DNA of 64,000 bases from Paramecium tetraurelia (Eukaryota): contig CT868652.1 of NCBI GenBank assembly GCA_000165425.1, positions 62,001-126,000 on the forward strand. The letters are read 5' to 3'. The notes under the pieces are model-generated. The model saw only the letters and a list, made by a program, of their open reading frames with translations. It searched no databases and had not been told where the DNA came from. Positions 27,617-40,228 of this stretch are shown piece after piece (positions within the stretch are counted from its first letter, which is position 1; the number at the start of each line of letters is the position of its first letter). Both the position numbers and the translations under genes were made by a program.

Positions 27617-28299
27617 TCTGTTAATGTTAAATAAAATTATTATTATCGTTAAAACTTAATATTATATAATTAAGAACATATTAATTAATTAATTCTGAAA
27701 TTTGATATCAATATTTTCATATTTATCAAATTTCTTATTTTTCTTGTCACATACGGCTAAAAGTCTCAACACAAAATTAAAATTACGTTCACTTTTAAGT
27801 TTAAAAATTTTAGATTTGATTGAAAAATTAATCAATATATGATATTTTATTAAATATGGATGGATTTAAAGGAATCTATGAATACTAAATTTTACAGTAG
27901 TTTTATTTATCACTCGATTGGAGCAATACTAAATAATTCTCCTCTTTTGGAAATGTATCACCTAAAAATTGCAGATAACGATAATTATGACCAAAATTAG
28001 TTTTACCTAAAATAAGACTCCTTAAATGTAGGCAAACATATGCTAAAGTCTTCATCAGTATATTCAATCTACATCTTAATAATATTTACTTTACATATTC
28101 ATAATCATTCATTTTGTTTATGGTTTATGGCCAAATTATATTCTTGATAAATATTTATATAGATTATTGCACATTTAATATAACCCTATTTTCGTCGATT
28201 AATGCATTTTTTTTTTTTATAAATCCAAAATACATATTTTTATTTACACTGAACCACTTAGAAGATAATTAATAGTGAAAGATCAGTTTAGTAAATATA

Positions 28300-29950
28300 A
28301 AATAGTAAAGAATGAATTTATAAGAGGATGCAAGATTTACAAAGAGATAATAAGGAAGAAGTAATTAAAATAATAAGTATTTTATTCTAGTAAGATTAGA
28401 GGAGCTATTTTTAAAGTATAAATAATTTGAAGAGTGAATTGATAAGATATTAAGAGTAGAAGGTACATTAAAATTGGATAAGACTTTACATTCTATCAAA
28501 TATAACCTAACTTTTAAGGAAATTAATTTATACCTATTAAATTAGCTTGCCTCTTAATTGTTTAGATAAGATTTTGGAATATCAAATATGTTTAGTGAAT
28601 ATATTGTATCTCTTATTTTAAATTACTTAGCTTACGCAATTTTAGGAGATCTAAGCTAATTTTATGAATTATCTGTAAAATTAGGGATCAGGATTTCAAA
28701 CTCATTTTTCATATTGTTTCTCATTTTACAGGCACTCCTTGAGATAACAAATTTGTTGTATCTAATTAATTTTAAATATAGAGACAGTACACTGTAAAAT
28801 TTATTGAGCTATTTAAAGGTTTTATTTAGAGTTTATGCAATTATACATACAAAGAAAAGGTTGCAATCTTAAAAAAGATCAACACAACTATAAACTAATT
28901 CTATTATGTCACGAATAATGAATATAAACTAATAATACTCATTATATAGATGGAGATTTAGGATAATTCATCATAATCAACATATAAGATCATTCAAGAA
29001 AAAAATTATCAACAAGAAAGAGTATCAGTAGAATTGGTCTTGAGAATGCATTATAGATATAGAGCCATCAATAAATTCAAGCAGCTTTCATTCTTATATA
29101 GTGTGAAAGTAATGCTTTTTGTATTTATTTAGAAAATTGCTGCTAAAATAATTGCAAATCTTCTATTAATAGCATTGTTTGGCATTGTTTGAGTTGTTAC
29201 AATTTATTATACGATAAATAATGTAGAGATGTTTAATTGGAATTAATTTATGTTCAATAGTTAAAATGCTTAGGTATTAACTGCCATAAAAGAAATATTT
29301 ACTATAAAATGTAGAGAATATAATTTTAATAATACAAATGCCTTTATCAATCTTTAAACTTATTGTAATTAAATCTCCTTAGAAAATCCAGTATTTTATG
29401 AATCGAACATTGATGAAATATTGTATTTATTCGATAATAATATTAGCAATGGGGATAGGATTTATGTAACTTATTCTCTTAAAGTGAAATCAGTCTTGAA
29501 TAATGATCTTCTCATGAATGGAACATTGACTAGAGGGATTAGATAATATGATTTCTTGCTTTCTTAGTTGGCTTAAAATTGTTGAATCATAATGAAGAAA
29601 AGATACGATAACATTACATTACATACTCAATCATATATGAATTTTTTAAAGTATTTGTGATGGAATTTAGCTATATTATTCCTTTTTGATCATAACTTAC
29701 TCGCAAAGGACATGTGGTTTAAGTCTCAATAGATACTCTATAACAACATGATTAAGTCAGTATTATATTATTGTAATTATAATAGATTAAACAGAATAAC
29801 TATTATTATTGGGATATGATTTTATTTTATAATAGTTAACGAATTAAGTTATGTTTTGTTTATAAAGAAGGAGTATAAATTTATAAAATTTTGTATAAAT
29901 CATTCATGCCAAATGTCTCTATTAACCAATAAAAAGATTGAGATTAGAGT
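28300..29950 (+). pseudogene. Possible decayed Cys-rich surface-protein gene
   Basis: A long TGA-free stretch contains CESNAFCIYLENCCQNNCKSS..HCLSCYNLLYDKQC, with later scraps resembling CDG..IPF. No coherent start or stop; limits are approximate. Confidence 0.3.
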
Positions 29951-30226
29951 TAATCAAGGCAAGATTTATTAGAAAAAGATTTCGTTTCCAAATATGAAAT
30001 TAATATAATCTTAATTGTTAGCATAAATTAATAAATAAAATAATGATAACTTACATTGTATGCATATTTGGTAATTGTGGATAAAGTTTATTTTTGATTG
30101 AAAAATATGATTCAATCAAATAATTTATTTGAATATTTATGAAATAAGTTTCCTATCAATTAATATTGATTTTATCAAATAGTAAACAATATTAATTATT
30201 TTCATAAATATAAATTTTTATTAAAA

Positions 30227-30753
30227 ATGAGTGAAAGCCAAGAATCATCGGAATTTCAGTCAGGCTCATCGAAACTTGAAAATAAGTACAATTTTCATTA
30301 ATAAAAGGAGAAGTAACTAATTAGGTTTGACTAATGTTGAAAGTGGAGATGAATTAATAAAAAAGAAAACAAAATTAAATGATGAAAATGGACAAATTAA
30401 AATTTCAAGAAAGGTAAGTGACGAACTAATTAAAATATTTGAGAGATTGCCAAACGATTAAATCACAAAATTATTGGATGCTATCAAATTCAAAAATTCA
30501 CGTATCTCTCAATTTAATATAAATAGCTGATTTACCTGTTCGAGTTAATCTTGTTGATCTTATGCAAAAAGATGAAGATTTTGTTTTGGATAGTTAATCT
30601 GACTCACAAAAAGAAAAAAAAAGAAAAAAAAGAGAATCCAAAGAAAAAGAATGCAGATGTTGCAAGTAAGTAGTGAAACGACATCATTGTACACATACAG
30701 AATGCGAGAAGCCTTGCTAAATCTAAGAGAAAATGAAAAAAAACAAAACCTGA
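30227..30753 (+). CDS. Small basic protein with a C-terminal Cys/His cluster
   Basis: MSESQESSEFQSGSSK.., two tiny introns, NLS-like KEKKRKKRESKEK, then CRCCKQVVKRHHCTHTECEKPC, TGA 30751-30753. Confidence 0.7.
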
Positions 30754-30959
30754 ATATTGAATTAATTTCTATACTAAATTTCCTCTTTATATTTTTCATA
30801 TTTAATCACTAAAATACCTAATTGTGATAGAAATGGAAAAATACTAAACTATATCCAATAATAATTGAGTCGAAACACTAACCCAATTAAATTGATGTAT
30901 ATCTTGACAACTCATTGCTAAAATTTAAGCTCAATTTAGTATTCCTTAATATAAAAATA

Positions 30960-32399
30960 ATGATATTTTTATTAATTATAAAAATAACAACTGCATGGAA
31001 GTCAGAGAGTGTGAAAGAAAATATATAGACATGTTAGATCTTTCAGAATCCAAATTAACTAGAATGTGAATTAAGTGATTTAGTTGTATTCAGATTGGAC
31101 TCTTATTACGCAATTTGTTTAATTTCATCTGAGATTGGGATTTAAAGTTTGTTATATGAAAATTCGAGTGGAAATTAATATTTCATTTGCATACTTAAAG
31201 AATAGATTTTGATGTATAGTTTGCCTTATGCTTGTGGGAGTTCCTTTGTGTTGTTGTAACATTAGAACAAATTTTCAAATTATTCATTAACTAAGGACGA
31301 TTCATATATGTACATTTTTGGGGGGTTGGATGATTCTTAATTGGTGAATCAATTGTACAAATATAGCTTAGGAGATCTCATAAATAATCAAGTCACTTTT
31401 TCAGTTCTGCCTAATAATTTTATATAAAAATTGACTGTAAATTTAGAATTATGGGATGGGACTGCTGAGGAATTCTAATTTTCCTCTAACATACCACAGT
31501 TGTAAAAACTAAAGAATTTAGGATATGAATATAAAATTAGTTCAATTTTAGAAAATTCATAGTGCTCGTCTTCAAACATTCCAAAATGCTTATAACAAAG
31601 TGTTCTTGTCTATGTAGATGAATGCAATTGCATCAAATTATTTTATGGAAGAAATGCTAACAACGTCAATCAATACGAATCGTGGAATTACTATTTAGAT
31701 GAATAAGTTTGGTAAAAAACAACTATAGATTCAATGATAAAAACTGCAAGTTCTCCAATAGGACAATATTTACCAGAAATAAATATGGTAGGATTTTTTA
31801 CAGAGAATGCATATTTCTTTTATTATGATTCGTAATGGTATAACAATTATGATTAATTAACTTTTGGATCTACATTTAAATAGATGATAGTTTATGATAA
31901 AAAAACCTTCCTATTAAATACTTCGAGTATCCTATATAGTTAAAATGACCTATAAAATGCGAAGAGTTAATAATATGGGATTTACGTTTGTTAAGATAAT
32001 TATCGTGGGTATAACTGTTAGATTTAAGATTATCAGTGCCCAGGTAGCATATGTTTTAACGATTTATTGTTTGAGAGAATATGTGTGTTTTGTTAAGGAC
32101 ATGGTACTTGTTAATATGGGAATTGTAAATGTGATGATGGATATGGTGGAGATGATTGTAGCTAATATGAAAAATGTTTAAATGACTGTTCAAATTAAGG
32201 AACTTGCATTTAATATTATCCAACACCTCAATGTAGATGCAAATAGGAGGATAAAAGGGGAGGAGAAGATTGCTCAACAATATTCTGTCTAAATGATTGT
32301 TCCAATAATGGAGAATGTAAGGATGGAGTTTGTAATTGCATTACTGGAGTCAAAGGGGATGATTGCAGCATATTAAATCTAAAATTTATTGATGAATGA
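30960..32399 (+). CDS. Secreted protein with a Kelch-like segment and C-terminal tenascin-type EGF repeats
   Basis: Signal-like MIFLLIIKITTA; YMYIFGGLDD; CQGHGTCQYGNCKCDDGYGGDDCS, CLNDCSNQGTC, CLNDCSNNGECKDGVCNCITGVKGDDCS. Confidence 0.8.
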
Positions 32400-32491
32400 T
32401 TCTGAAAATTAATAAATTTTGTTGCAACTTATTGAATATTTTAAGATGGGTTTATAACCATTATTATTGATAATTTAATTATAAAATCATA

Positions 32492-33784
32492 TCATTGGAT
32501 AAATTCTACATCTGAGAATTCAGAAGAATTGTCCAATTTGTTGCTAACTTATTGCTCTGAAATTTAATACTAAAGTAGAAATTTAGGGCATTAAGTTTAA
32601 ACTAATTTTATAGGGATTGGTTTGCGTTTCTATTAATTAATATTTAATTATTTAATGCTAGGATTTTTTATTGATGGAATGTAATCTTAGATTAAATTTT
32701 TGAGTATATCGTATTGACTAAACTCAAATTTATCATAATAAGACTGCAACAAGTCAATTATATCAAAAAATGAGTACAGTTTGTCCTAGATATCCAATTT
32801 GAAGTAATATTTGAGATAATAAATATTAATCTACATCTGACTAAGTGATGATTCCTTCAGATCTATTAAATTGGAGGATCTTTTTTATGTAAATATTTGA
32901 TATTCCAGAAATTAAGGATAACCATGATTGTCAATATAAATTACGTATGGTAATACTACATTAAACAGATTTCCCAAATAGTAGATTAATTTATATACTT
33001 TAATTATTGAAGTTATAAAATTTTCATAGTATTGGGCATTATCATGAAAGTATTCTTTCCATTAGACTGTACTTTTTTTTAGAGATAAGCATATCTCACC
33101 TTTTTTTGTGTTAATTTTTGATGTTGACAATCTCAACTACTCGAAATCTATGGTTAAAAAACTAGTGCTTAATAGTAGATCGTCCCGTGTTGATGTGAGT
33201 TCATAAATAGTGTCATAAACAATTTCTTAAATTTCTTCATTGATTTTATACTAATTGTAAATCATGTGATTATCAAAAAGAAATGGCAATTAAGCAAAAA
33301 TTATGTACTATCTATATTTTAACTATTTCTGCTTATCTTAAATCTAATTTCTCTTTTTTATCAGACTCTGCTTCTAGCTGTAATATTTCTCTTAAATGGA
33401 TTTGGAAAATGATTATAATTTATCAATTAATTTCTTATGATCATCCAATTCTTCTTATTGTTTAGCCAAGGTACGCTTCCTAATATAAATGGTATGCTGC
33501 AATTTTTAATATTTTTCATTTTATAGACTGACCTTAAGAGCATTTAAACTCTCTTCCACGCCAGCATCCCACTTTTATTTGTTTACTATAAAGTACTCTT
33601 CAAATTGGGTCTATAATTATTCTTTCTTTTTTAATAATTCAATCTTTCTCTATTAAATATCGGTTATGCTTTTTTCAAAACTGTTAGTATGACAATCTTT
33701 GCAACGAATGATTGGTCCTTTCCCATCGGGAGTACTAAGAATTCTTTTGCAATCTGGTTGTTAACATATTTTCGACTATCGCAT
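32492..33784 (-). CDS. Hypothetical protein with N-terminal Zn-ribbon-like Cys pairs and a coiled coil
   Basis: MRQSKICQQPDCKRILSTPDGKGPIIRCKDCH, then a Q/E/K-rich helical region; ends ..SDVEFIQ-TGA. Confidence 0.6.
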
Positions 33785-34023
33785 AGAAATTTATATATTA
33801 ATTATAAATAAAGGGTTTTTGGGAGTGTTAAATTTCTTGATCTGAACCCTTAAGTTATTCATAGAATTAAAAAGTGCATTAGATTCATATTTCAAGTCTA
33901 TAATAATAATATAATTGCAATGAGAAAATTAATTAAAATGAGAAGAAATAATTTGAATTAATGAAAAAAAAATATTTATATATGCAAAGCTTATTTAGCT
34001 AATTATTTATGTGAACAAATACA

Positions 34024-34680
34024 TCAGATGTATTCATCTTTCAATTAAGTCACGAAGAAAAAGTTATCGAGGGAATCAAACTCAAGTTACTTTTCAACAG
34101 CCTCATTGGATGTGCTTAGAAATTTACCTAAGATAAGGGGGTGGTCTTATGTCACATTCCATTTTAATCCTTTTGTATTGATTCTGGCTTATGTTCCTTA
34201 TGGAAATAAGCTAATTCCTTTTTCTTGCTCAATTTCAGAGAATTTAAAAGTATGAAAACCTTCCTTAAAATATCGAACAATTGAGTAATCACTTATTATT
34301 TCACCAGTGAAGTTAAACTTAACCAAAGTGTGCAAGGAATTTATTGTTTAATCAAATCTCTCTTATAAACCGCCTATGATAATGATATGATGAAATCCAT
34401 CTAATTATTATAGATAGGTAATTGCTTTTTCAAAATCTGATGTATCTTAATCATCGACTTTAATAATAGAGCAGTTGTGAGATTCATAATATTGTTGGAT
34501 TTCTGGTTTAAGACTGTCAAGGTCACCAATAATGCATTTAGGAATAATTTCCTTTTTATATTCATAAAGTTTGTTAGCACCACCATCTGCACAAATAAGG
34601 AAGACATTTTGGTTGTAATAAAAATCGAAGACCTTAAGATTGATTTTAGTATTAAGAATCACAATTGCAATATTTTACAT
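34024..34680 (-). CDS. TPK1: Thiamine pyrophosphokinase
   Basis: Intronless 219-codon frame: LICADGGANKL, IIGDLDSL, DQDTSDFEKA, GGLQERFDQTINSL, TKGLKWNV, LSTSNE. Confidence 0.95.
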
Positions 34681-34765
34681 AAATAATTTTAATGTGGTTA
34701 ATAATTATGATCAGTTTTGTGAATATTAAAAAAGAGGTCTTTTTAGTGTAGGAATTAAAAATAGG

Positions 34766-34829
34766 TGATCAGAGTGGCGAATGTATTTCAATCAAGATTT
34801 TTCTGTAATATAAATTCAATCATCATTAA
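34766..34829 (-). ncRNA. Candidate box C/D snoRNA
   Basis: Minus strand reads ATGATGA (C) - TTGAATTTATATTA - CAGA (D') - AAAATCT - TGATTGA (C') - AATACATTCGCCACT - CTGA (D), 58 nt from C to D, in an intergenic gap. Confidence 0.55.
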
Positions 34830-34939
34830 AAAGACATGTAAATTTATAAATATATATATATTTGAATGTTAATTTAATATTTAATGGGATGAGTACATTA
34901 ATCACATATTAAAATCTTTTTATTTAAAATAAAAAAGTA

Positions 34940-35408
34940 ATGGTCAGCAGATTGAGGAAATGCCGTAAAATGAGAGGACATGTGTGCCACGGATATGGTA
35001 GAGTTGGTAAACACAGAAAACATCCAAGTGGTAGAGGTGTTTCAGGAGGTTTAACACATCATCGCATCAATTTCAACAAATACCATCCAGGATATTTCCA
35101 AAAAGTACTCATCATTCTCTATACTTTAGACTGGAATGAGACATTTCCATTTAAAGAAGAATACACTTCATAAACCAGTCGTAAATATTGACAAATTGTG
35201 GTCACTAGTCACTGATGATACCAGAAAAAAATATGCTAGTTCAAAAGATAAAGCTGCAGTGATTGACGTTACAAAGGCTGGCTATTTCAAAGTCCTTGGA
35301 AAGGGTAGACTCCCAAATTAACCTGTCGTTGTCAAAGCCAAATTCTTTAGCAAAACCGCAGAAAGAAGAATCAAAGCCGTTGGTGGTGCATGCATACTCG
35401 TAGCCTGA
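34940..35408 (+). CDS. RPL27A: 60S ribosomal protein L27a (uL15)
   Basis: [33 protein letters not shown]...[42 protein letters not shown]; 25-nt intron 35105-35129. Confidence 0.98.
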
Positions 35409-35440
35409 TACATTACATTAAAATATCAAATAGACAATAT

Positions 35441-36941
35441 TCATTCAATCTTTTTGAACTACAAAGCACAATTAACTGCTAATTCCCATTATTTGTACTC
35501 TTTTTCATAAGACTTTATCCCTTCATAAATTTATTAGACCTTCATATTCTAAATGATCTACTACTCTGTCAATAGTTTCAACCCCACTGCAGCAAACATG
35601 GCAGCTCCTGAAGCAGTAGATTCAATGATTTCTGGGTATACTAATTTCTTTTGCGTGATATCAGCCTACAATTACATCAATTCCTTATTCTTAGTTAATC
35701 CTCCATCGACATGAATCTTATTAATCTTAATTCCTGATTATTCCATGGCCTTTATAACATCCTTTGTCCTATAGCAAACTGATTCTAATATGGCTCTCCT
35801 CAGATGATCCTTTGTGGTGTAATAACTTAAACCAATTATAGTTCCTGTTGCATCGAAATTCCAAAAGGGAGTGAATAACCCACTGAAAGCTGGTACTATA
35901 TATACTCCTCCATTATCTTCTGTATTCTCTGTACTTTAACTCAATTATTCCCAAGTATCAAACCATTACAATTTGTCTTTTGCCCAGTTGAACAGCTAAC
36001 CTCCACTTTCAACAGCTCCTTCAAAAGCATAAATTGGCTTCTCATTCTCTTTCTGGTATAAAACAGTAGTTAATAAGCCATACTCTGAGATTCTAATTTC
36101 TTATCCAATATTTGCCATAATAAAAAGACCACTTCCTTGTGTATTTTTGCAATCTCCTTCATGAAATAATGCATGACCTATAGCTGCTGCTTATTAATCA
36201 CCCAAAACACAATTGATAGGTACACCTTCATACTCAGGAATTTTCAATGTACCAAAATTACTATTGGATGCTTTAATTTGAGGCAAACAATTTTTGGGAA
36301 TGTTAAATTGACTTTTATAATACAAATTAATACTTTAGTAATTCCTCATCCCATTAAAGAGTATGCAAATTCATTAAATTAGTTCTTGATGCATTTGTAA
36401 CATCTGTTAAATGATTTTATTCCCTTGTCAAATTCCATACTATCCAACAATCTATTGTTCCAAACAATACATTTCCCGAATTGAGATCATCCTTAAGAGT
36501 TTTATTGTTTTGAATCATCCATTGCAATTTATATGAACTGAAATATGTATTAATTGGTAATCCAGTTTTTTATTAAAAATAGTTCTTTGGATATTTATTT
36601 AAGTATTCTTAACAAATATCATGTGTTCTTGTATCACTCCATACAATTGCATTCATATAAGGTATTGCAGTATTTTTATTCCATGCTACTACAGTTTCCC
36701 TTTAATTTGTTACTCCAATAGTCACTAACTTATGCTCTCCATCCATCTTCTTATAGGCTTGTTTAATGCACTCAATGGTATTATTCAATATTTCCATAGG
36801 GTCATGTTCTAACCACCCTTGGTGAGGAGTGATTTGTTTGTGAGTGATATGATGGTAACTAAGTTATTCACCATTCAAATTGCAAATAATGAATCTAGTC
36901 CCAGTTGTTGAGGAATCAATAGATCCAATTACAGATTACAT
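35441..36941 (-). CDS. GK: Glycerol kinase (FGGY family)
   Basis: [101 protein letters not shown]; one tiny intron. Confidence 0.95.
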
Positions 36942-37023
36942 AATTTATTTATTTAATACGCAATTTTACAATTCATAACTATATAGTGACATTATAATAT
37001 TAATTAATATTCAATGCAATAAA

Positions 37024-38262
37024 TCAATTTGATTATTATTAATTCTAAGTGCTTTTATCGAACTCTTTTGATTACTATTGACTAATCGATTGTTATTGAG
37101 ATATTTTACGATTTTGCTTTGAGGAAATAGAATGGTTATCTGAAGATAAAACTTCACTTTAATTCATTCTGCCTTTCTTTTTTGTATAGGTAGACTTGCT
37201 TTTATTATCACAATAGTTGAGAATAGATTACAGATCTTATTTACTATTCTTTATTGTTTTGGATTGATACAATCGGTCTACTTATTGTTGTTGTTCATTA
37301 AATGATGGTTTGCATAAGGAGGGTAGCGAAAATTGATACTCTTTCATTAAAGATTCTCGAAATGATGAATTACTATTCAGGTAATTACTCAGCTAGCCAC
37401 TGACTTTCAATTGCAACATTGTTGGCAATTAGGCATACGGACTATTCTATGATTCTTTAGGCAATTTCTGAAAACTCTAGGATTTAGAAATTTAGGGTCT
37501 TAATCCTGAGATGCTATTATACTCTTTGATGCTTAAATTTAATGCAGTCATGAGATCATTTTTTAAACTATTGCCATGTACTTGAGAATCCTTCAATTTA
37601 CTTGAATTACATTAGTAAAATAAATTACTTAAGCAATCTCTACTCTTCATCGCCCATGTAATCACACATTGCTTATTACTCTTGCAATCGTTTAGCGATT
37701 TAATCTTTAAATAAATTTTATTCTTATCTAATTTTCTCTATTCGTTCTGCTTTCTTTTATTCCAAATCCTATTTCATATTGAACTCCCATTCTGAGATCT
37801 ACCTCATTAAAGAAAACAAGTACTCTAGCATATTATTGTTGTTTCTCCAGAAGTTCCTCTTCTCTTTTCTTTTTGTTTTAATACATCTGCAATGCCAATT
37901 GTTATTTCACTAATGCAGTTTTCAAGCATTTCTCATCTAGCAAGTCTTGTTTCATCTTCTTAGTGTCCTCCTGTTATTATTATTTATTTTTTCTGATGAA
38001 ATTATGTATTCCATTATCATTGAGATTGTTAGCCTCCATGATTTTGCTAAGCTATTTAATTGCCAACAATGCATACTTCCATCTGATCTTCAAATTTCTG
38101 TTTTTTTGCATACACAATCTTGTTTACTTTTGCCTAAACGATATTGTTGTTGGCTTCCTACAAATTAAGTTATTGTTTCAATTAGATCAACCGATTTTCT
38201 AGAGCAGCAAGTTCTTAATTCTTTTGGTTCAGACTTTTAATCTATTGAGTAACAGTTTCCAT
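37024..38262 (-). CDS. Hypothetical coiled-coil protein
   Basis: METVTQQIKSLNQKNQELAALENRLIQLKQQLNLQE..; E/K/Q-rich; tiny introns. Confidence 0.6.
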
Positions 38263-38448
38263 GTCTGTTTTACGATAAGGAACAATATAATTATAATAAT
38301 TAATCAAGGATTTTACTCAAATAATACATTAGATTAAATATAGAAGTTTAACAAACTCAATTAAAAGAGAAATGTTAAATTTAAAGCCTCTATAAATAAG
38401 AGTTTTCATTTGATTTTTATTTATTTTAATATTAATTTAGAAAATTAT

Positions 38449-40150
38449 ATGGATTAAAAATATTAAAAAGCATTGCAACTTGAAGGTTATTTGGAAAAAC
38501 AAAGTCCAGCTCTTTTGAAGGGATTTCAAAAAAGACATTTTGCAGTCAGAGATAATGGTAAATATTTGGTATATTCAAAAAAAAAAAAATTGAGCAAAGA
38601 TGTTAAACCGAAAGGTACATTTTTTAAGAAGTTTATTAAGGTGTCATTCCTATTGATTAGATTACGTCGATTGGCGTCATCAAAGGTACTGAAAGAGAAT
38701 TTGCACTTCAAATAGGAGATAGACAAATGCTGCTGAAAGCAGAGTCAAGCAGCGCAAGAGAATTATGGACATCAACTATTGCATATCTTTAAGAAAAACT
38801 ATTGGAGCAGAAAGCTCAGGAATCTAAACCTAATTCACATCAGAGTTTCCACTCAAGAGGGTCTGAAAGCGTAAAATTGGTTCAAAAAGCATCTTGGAAG
38901 GAATTAGATTCTGAAACTAAAGCCTCGATTATGATGGACAAGGAAAAGTAGGAAGTTCAGGATAAGTTTTAAGAAAATGAGGTTAAGAATGAAGAAGTTA
39001 TGAAAGCAAAGGGATTATATGCATATCTTGATAAGTTTGACTCAAAAAAATTTGCTTAGTTTGTAAAATGCGGATTTTTGTATAAAAAGGGAAAAATTGC
39101 ATCACTCACTAAAGCTAAGAGGAGATGGTTCATTATCATCTCCTCTGTCTCTCTTCTAGGAGATGATGCTAATATCTAAGGGCCTGTTTAATCAGATATC
39201 CCAGATCGCTTTAAATTAGATCATCTATACTATTTTGCTTATGAGTTTAGGAATGATTAAAGCAGCTACAAAGGAGAATTAAAGGCTAATCAAATTGAAG
39301 ATTTTGAGTTGTTGAATGTTGACAGAAACTTAGCCTTTTTGAAGCAATTAACACATAGTGTGAGTTACGGTTTTAAATTTCGACATAGGGAACGTCATTA
39401 TCATTTTTATTCAGATTCAATAACAGAAATTCAATCTTGGGTTACCACCATTAGAACAATAAAGGATTATAAAGCTACACTCCCTGCTGAGTAAGTTGAA
39501 AATGAGGAACAAGACTTAGGAATTAAACTAGAGGATGTTTTATTACAAGAATAAATGTAAGTGAAAATTAGCAGAAGAATTCGAAAGGATAAATGGTTTA
39601 AAAGAATGGTTTATTTGAAGAAAGATTCGTTAATTTGGGCAAAATAGGAAACAGGTGACTCCGAAAATTATATATTGATTATATCTATAAAAAATGTTAT
39701 AGGTTAGGACAATGATTTCCATGTAAAACAATAATAAATAATTAGGTATACACTAAAGATGAAAAAACATTCAAGTTTAGAACAAATTCACAAGAAATAA
39801 GAGATGAATGGGTTAAGAAGATTGATTTTTTACAATTGAATTTAAAGGGAGAATTTAAGGATTTGGAGAAAGTGACCGAATTGCCACCAGAAAGTGTTAC
39901 AAAATCTTAATCTATTGAATAGAAGAAGAGTCACTCAATTGAAAAATAGAAGGTTTAGCCTGAAGAAATTGAAGAAAAAACTAATAATAGTTAGGATATT
40001 GCTAGTTTTTATGACAACTTTTTCCAATAGAAGAAAGAGTAAGATTAATAAAATAAAGCACATAAAAAGTCTCAATCTAGTGGGAAATCAATATTTCATA
40101 AGATTTTCTGTTGTTACTCTCAAGACCATGAAACTGATAGAGGGTTTTGA
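38449..40150 (+). CDS. Protein with three PH domains
   Basis: PH1 LEGYLEKQSPALLKGFQKRHFAV..LKAESSSARELWTSTI; PH2 KCGFLYKKG..KRRWFII..FYSDSITEIQSWVTTI; PH3 KWFKRMVYLKKDSLIW..FKFRTNSQEIRDEWVKKI; C-terminal KIFCC. Confidence 0.85.
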
Positions 40151-40228
40151 ATAATAATTTATCAAAGTTTTACATTAAATTAATAAAATTATAATTTATT
40201 AAACCCAATAACAAACATTGATTTTTAG

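Noticed and set aside
33811..33823. GGGTTTTTGGG as an internal telomeric repeat
   Set aside because: It does not match tandem G4T2/G3T3 units and occurs only once.
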